Source: Phoronis australis
Lineage: Eukaryota; Animalia; Phoronida
Length of the DNA: 64,000 bases
Direction: 5' to 3'
Assembly (NCBI GenBank): GCA_002633005.1
Contig: NMRA01000722.1
Location: 117,165-181,164 of the forward strand
This document shows, one piece after another, positions 62,070 through 64,000 of this stretch (positions within the stretch are counted from its first letter, which is position 1; each line of letters opens with the position of its first letter). The notes beneath the pieces were generated by a model. It had not been told where the DNA came from. It saw only the letters and a list, made by a program, of their open reading frames with translations, and did no database searches. The position numbers were made by a program, and so were the translations under genes.

Positions 62070-62567
62070 CAGGGCTTGGAATTTTCCACGGAAGCGCAGA
62101 TTTCCGCTTTTTTGAAATGTGCTTTCCGCTTTTTTTATAATATTTCCGCAAAAAAAATCGAATTTGATATGAAATTTCCGCGGCAAATTCCTTTCTTACC
62201 GCGGTGTTGCAGACGACGTTCACCTCGGAAAGCGGAAGTTGCTCTATGCCGGGGCATCTGGGTAAAGCGTGGTGTGATTTTCAATGGCGGCCCGTGTTAT
62301 TGTTAAGCGCGGCGACAAATACTACCGCTCTGCAGCCAAATTTGTGTGGGTTGGGAGTGGACGGGCGAGCGAAAAGGACGCAGACGCATGCTACTGATGG
62401 TGGTAACGTTTTTTTTTATTTTTTTTTTTATTTCTTTTATTTTTTTTAGTCCTCCCAATTTTTGTCGCGGAAAGGTTAACATTGACCATTTCAAAGGCTG
62501 GTTATCGGGCATGATTTGGGCCGTAAAAGTTTCCGCGTTTTTTTGTCATTGGTCATTCCAAGCCCTG
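62070..62567. mobile_element. MITE with 13-bp TIRs and 6-bp flanking duplication
   Basis: cagggcttggaat ... attccaagccctg, flanked on both sides by aatcta. Confidence 0.75.
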
Positions 62568-62992
62568 AATCTATGAAATTTACCTTAAATGGCAGAAGTT
62601 TTTGAAAGCCGATGTTGACTGCTTCCTTCTTCGTTATGACCCTTTGAAGTTGTGGGGGTCAAGATGGTGTCATAAACGCGGGAGAAGTTTAAATGCCCAA
62701 TCATGACTAAATGCAAAATGCAAAAATAATTGATAGTGACAGTGACACTAGAAAAACAAGAACGAGATCAGGGTTATCTGTTCAGGAGATTCTTTCGTGT
62801 TTTTCTAGTGTCACTGTCACTATCAATTATTTTTGCATTTTCCGTTTAATAATTATTGGGCATTTAAACTTTACCCATGTTTATGACACCATCTTGACCC
62901 CTAGTACTTCACAGGGTCACACTGAGCAAGGAAGCAGTCAACATCGGCTTCCGAAAACTCTACCGTTTAAAGTAAGTTTCCTGGATTATTAG
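62568..62992. mobile_element. Long palindromic (foldback) element; duplicated at 63472-63896
   Basis: aagccgatgttgactgcttcc..gggtcaagatggtgtcataaac..gatagtgacagtgacactagaaaaaca is mirrored in reverse complement around ~62780. Confidence 0.8.
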
Positions 62993-63285
62993 AAAAAATT
63001 TGTTCTGTAATCTCATCACAAAATCCTGATGAAACTGTTTAATAATATATTTAGCTTTTGATCAACGGCTACCCTTTTCATTTGCAGTTGGTATGTCTAT
63101 CGTGTTCAAAAGCTTGACTCATCCTACTCTTCAAACACGCATGAAGTCATTTCTGAACTTTTGTTTGAGAGTGACAGTTGGTGTAATGATGAGGATGATT
63201 GGGGCACTGGGGAATCTCCGCCACGTGTTGGGGACTGTTACCATGGTGACACTACATACAATGAGACAACCACACATGAGCCAGN

Positions 63286-64000
63286 AGACGCATGCTACTG
63301 ATGGTGGTAACGTTTTTTTTTATTTTTTTTTTTATTTCTTTTATTTTTTTTAGTCCTCCCAATTTTTGTCGCGGAAAGGTTAACATTGACCATTTCAAAG
63401 GCTGGTTATCGGGCATGATTTGGGCCGTAAAAGTTTCCGCGTTTTTTTGTCATTGGTCATTCCAAGCCCTGAATCTATGAAATTTACCTTAAATGGCAGA
63501 AGTTTTTGAAAGCCGATGTTGACTGCTTCCTTCTTCGTTATGACCCTTTGAAGTTGTGGGGGTCAAGATGGTGTCATAAACGCGGGAGAAGTTTAAATGC
63601 CCAATCATGACTAAATGCAAAATGCAAAAATAATTGATAGTGACAGTGACACTAGAAAAACAAGAACGAGATCAGGGTTATCTGTTCAGGAGATTCTTTC
63701 GTGTTTTTCTAGTGTCACTGTCACTATCAATTATTTTTGCATTTTCCGTTTAATAATTATTGGGCATTTAAACTTTACCCATGTTTATGACACCATCTTG
63801 ACCCCTAGTACTTCACAGGGTCACACTGAGCAAGGAAGCAGTCAACATCGGCTTCCGAAAACTCTACCGTTTAAAGTAAGTTTCCTGGATTATTAGAAAA
63901 AATTTGTTCTGTAATCTCATCACAAAATCCTGATGAAACTGTTTAATAATATATTTAGCTTTTGATCAACGGCTACCCTTTTCATTTGCAGTTGGTATGT
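63286..64000. other. Near-exact duplicate of 62382-63096 after a single-n seam (probable assembly overlap)
   Basis: Identical sequence restarts immediately after the n at 63285. Confidence 0.8.

Noticed and set aside
62382-64000. Duplicated 93-aa ORFs (62711 and 63615) suggesting a tandem gene pair
   Set aside because: The ORFs lie in a palindromic repeat and the duplication follows the n at 63285.

Overview
Eukaryotic (animal, probably a mollusc or other lophotrochozoan; this is inference) AT-rich genomic DNA with spliced genes, many non-autonomous transposons and minisatellites, and several assembly seams (single n's and two N-gaps). Five protein-coding genes are supported: an intronless POC5 (765-2435, -) head-to-head with a 10-exon ALDH8A1 (2635-14575, +); an 8-exon macroH2A histone variant (33840-22202, -); an unrecognised gene with one large coding exon (42482-43633, +); and a Rab20-like small GTPase (52201-48225, -; start exon not located). 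Main finding: macroH2A carries two tandem, 175-nt, same-phase paralogous copies of exon 7 (24643-24817 and 23126-23300). They look like mutually exclusive exons and differ in the ADP-ribose phosphate-binding loop (FPSIGSGR vs VPALSVGN), at a different exon from the vertebrate macroH2A1.1/1.2 switch. Second finding: three independent tandem repeats are built from an exon 3' end plus its 5' splice site, forming arrays of donor-like sites. Also present: a mini LTR element with tRNA-like LTRs, a Kolobok-like remnant, a Harbinger-derived element and Helentron-like elements.
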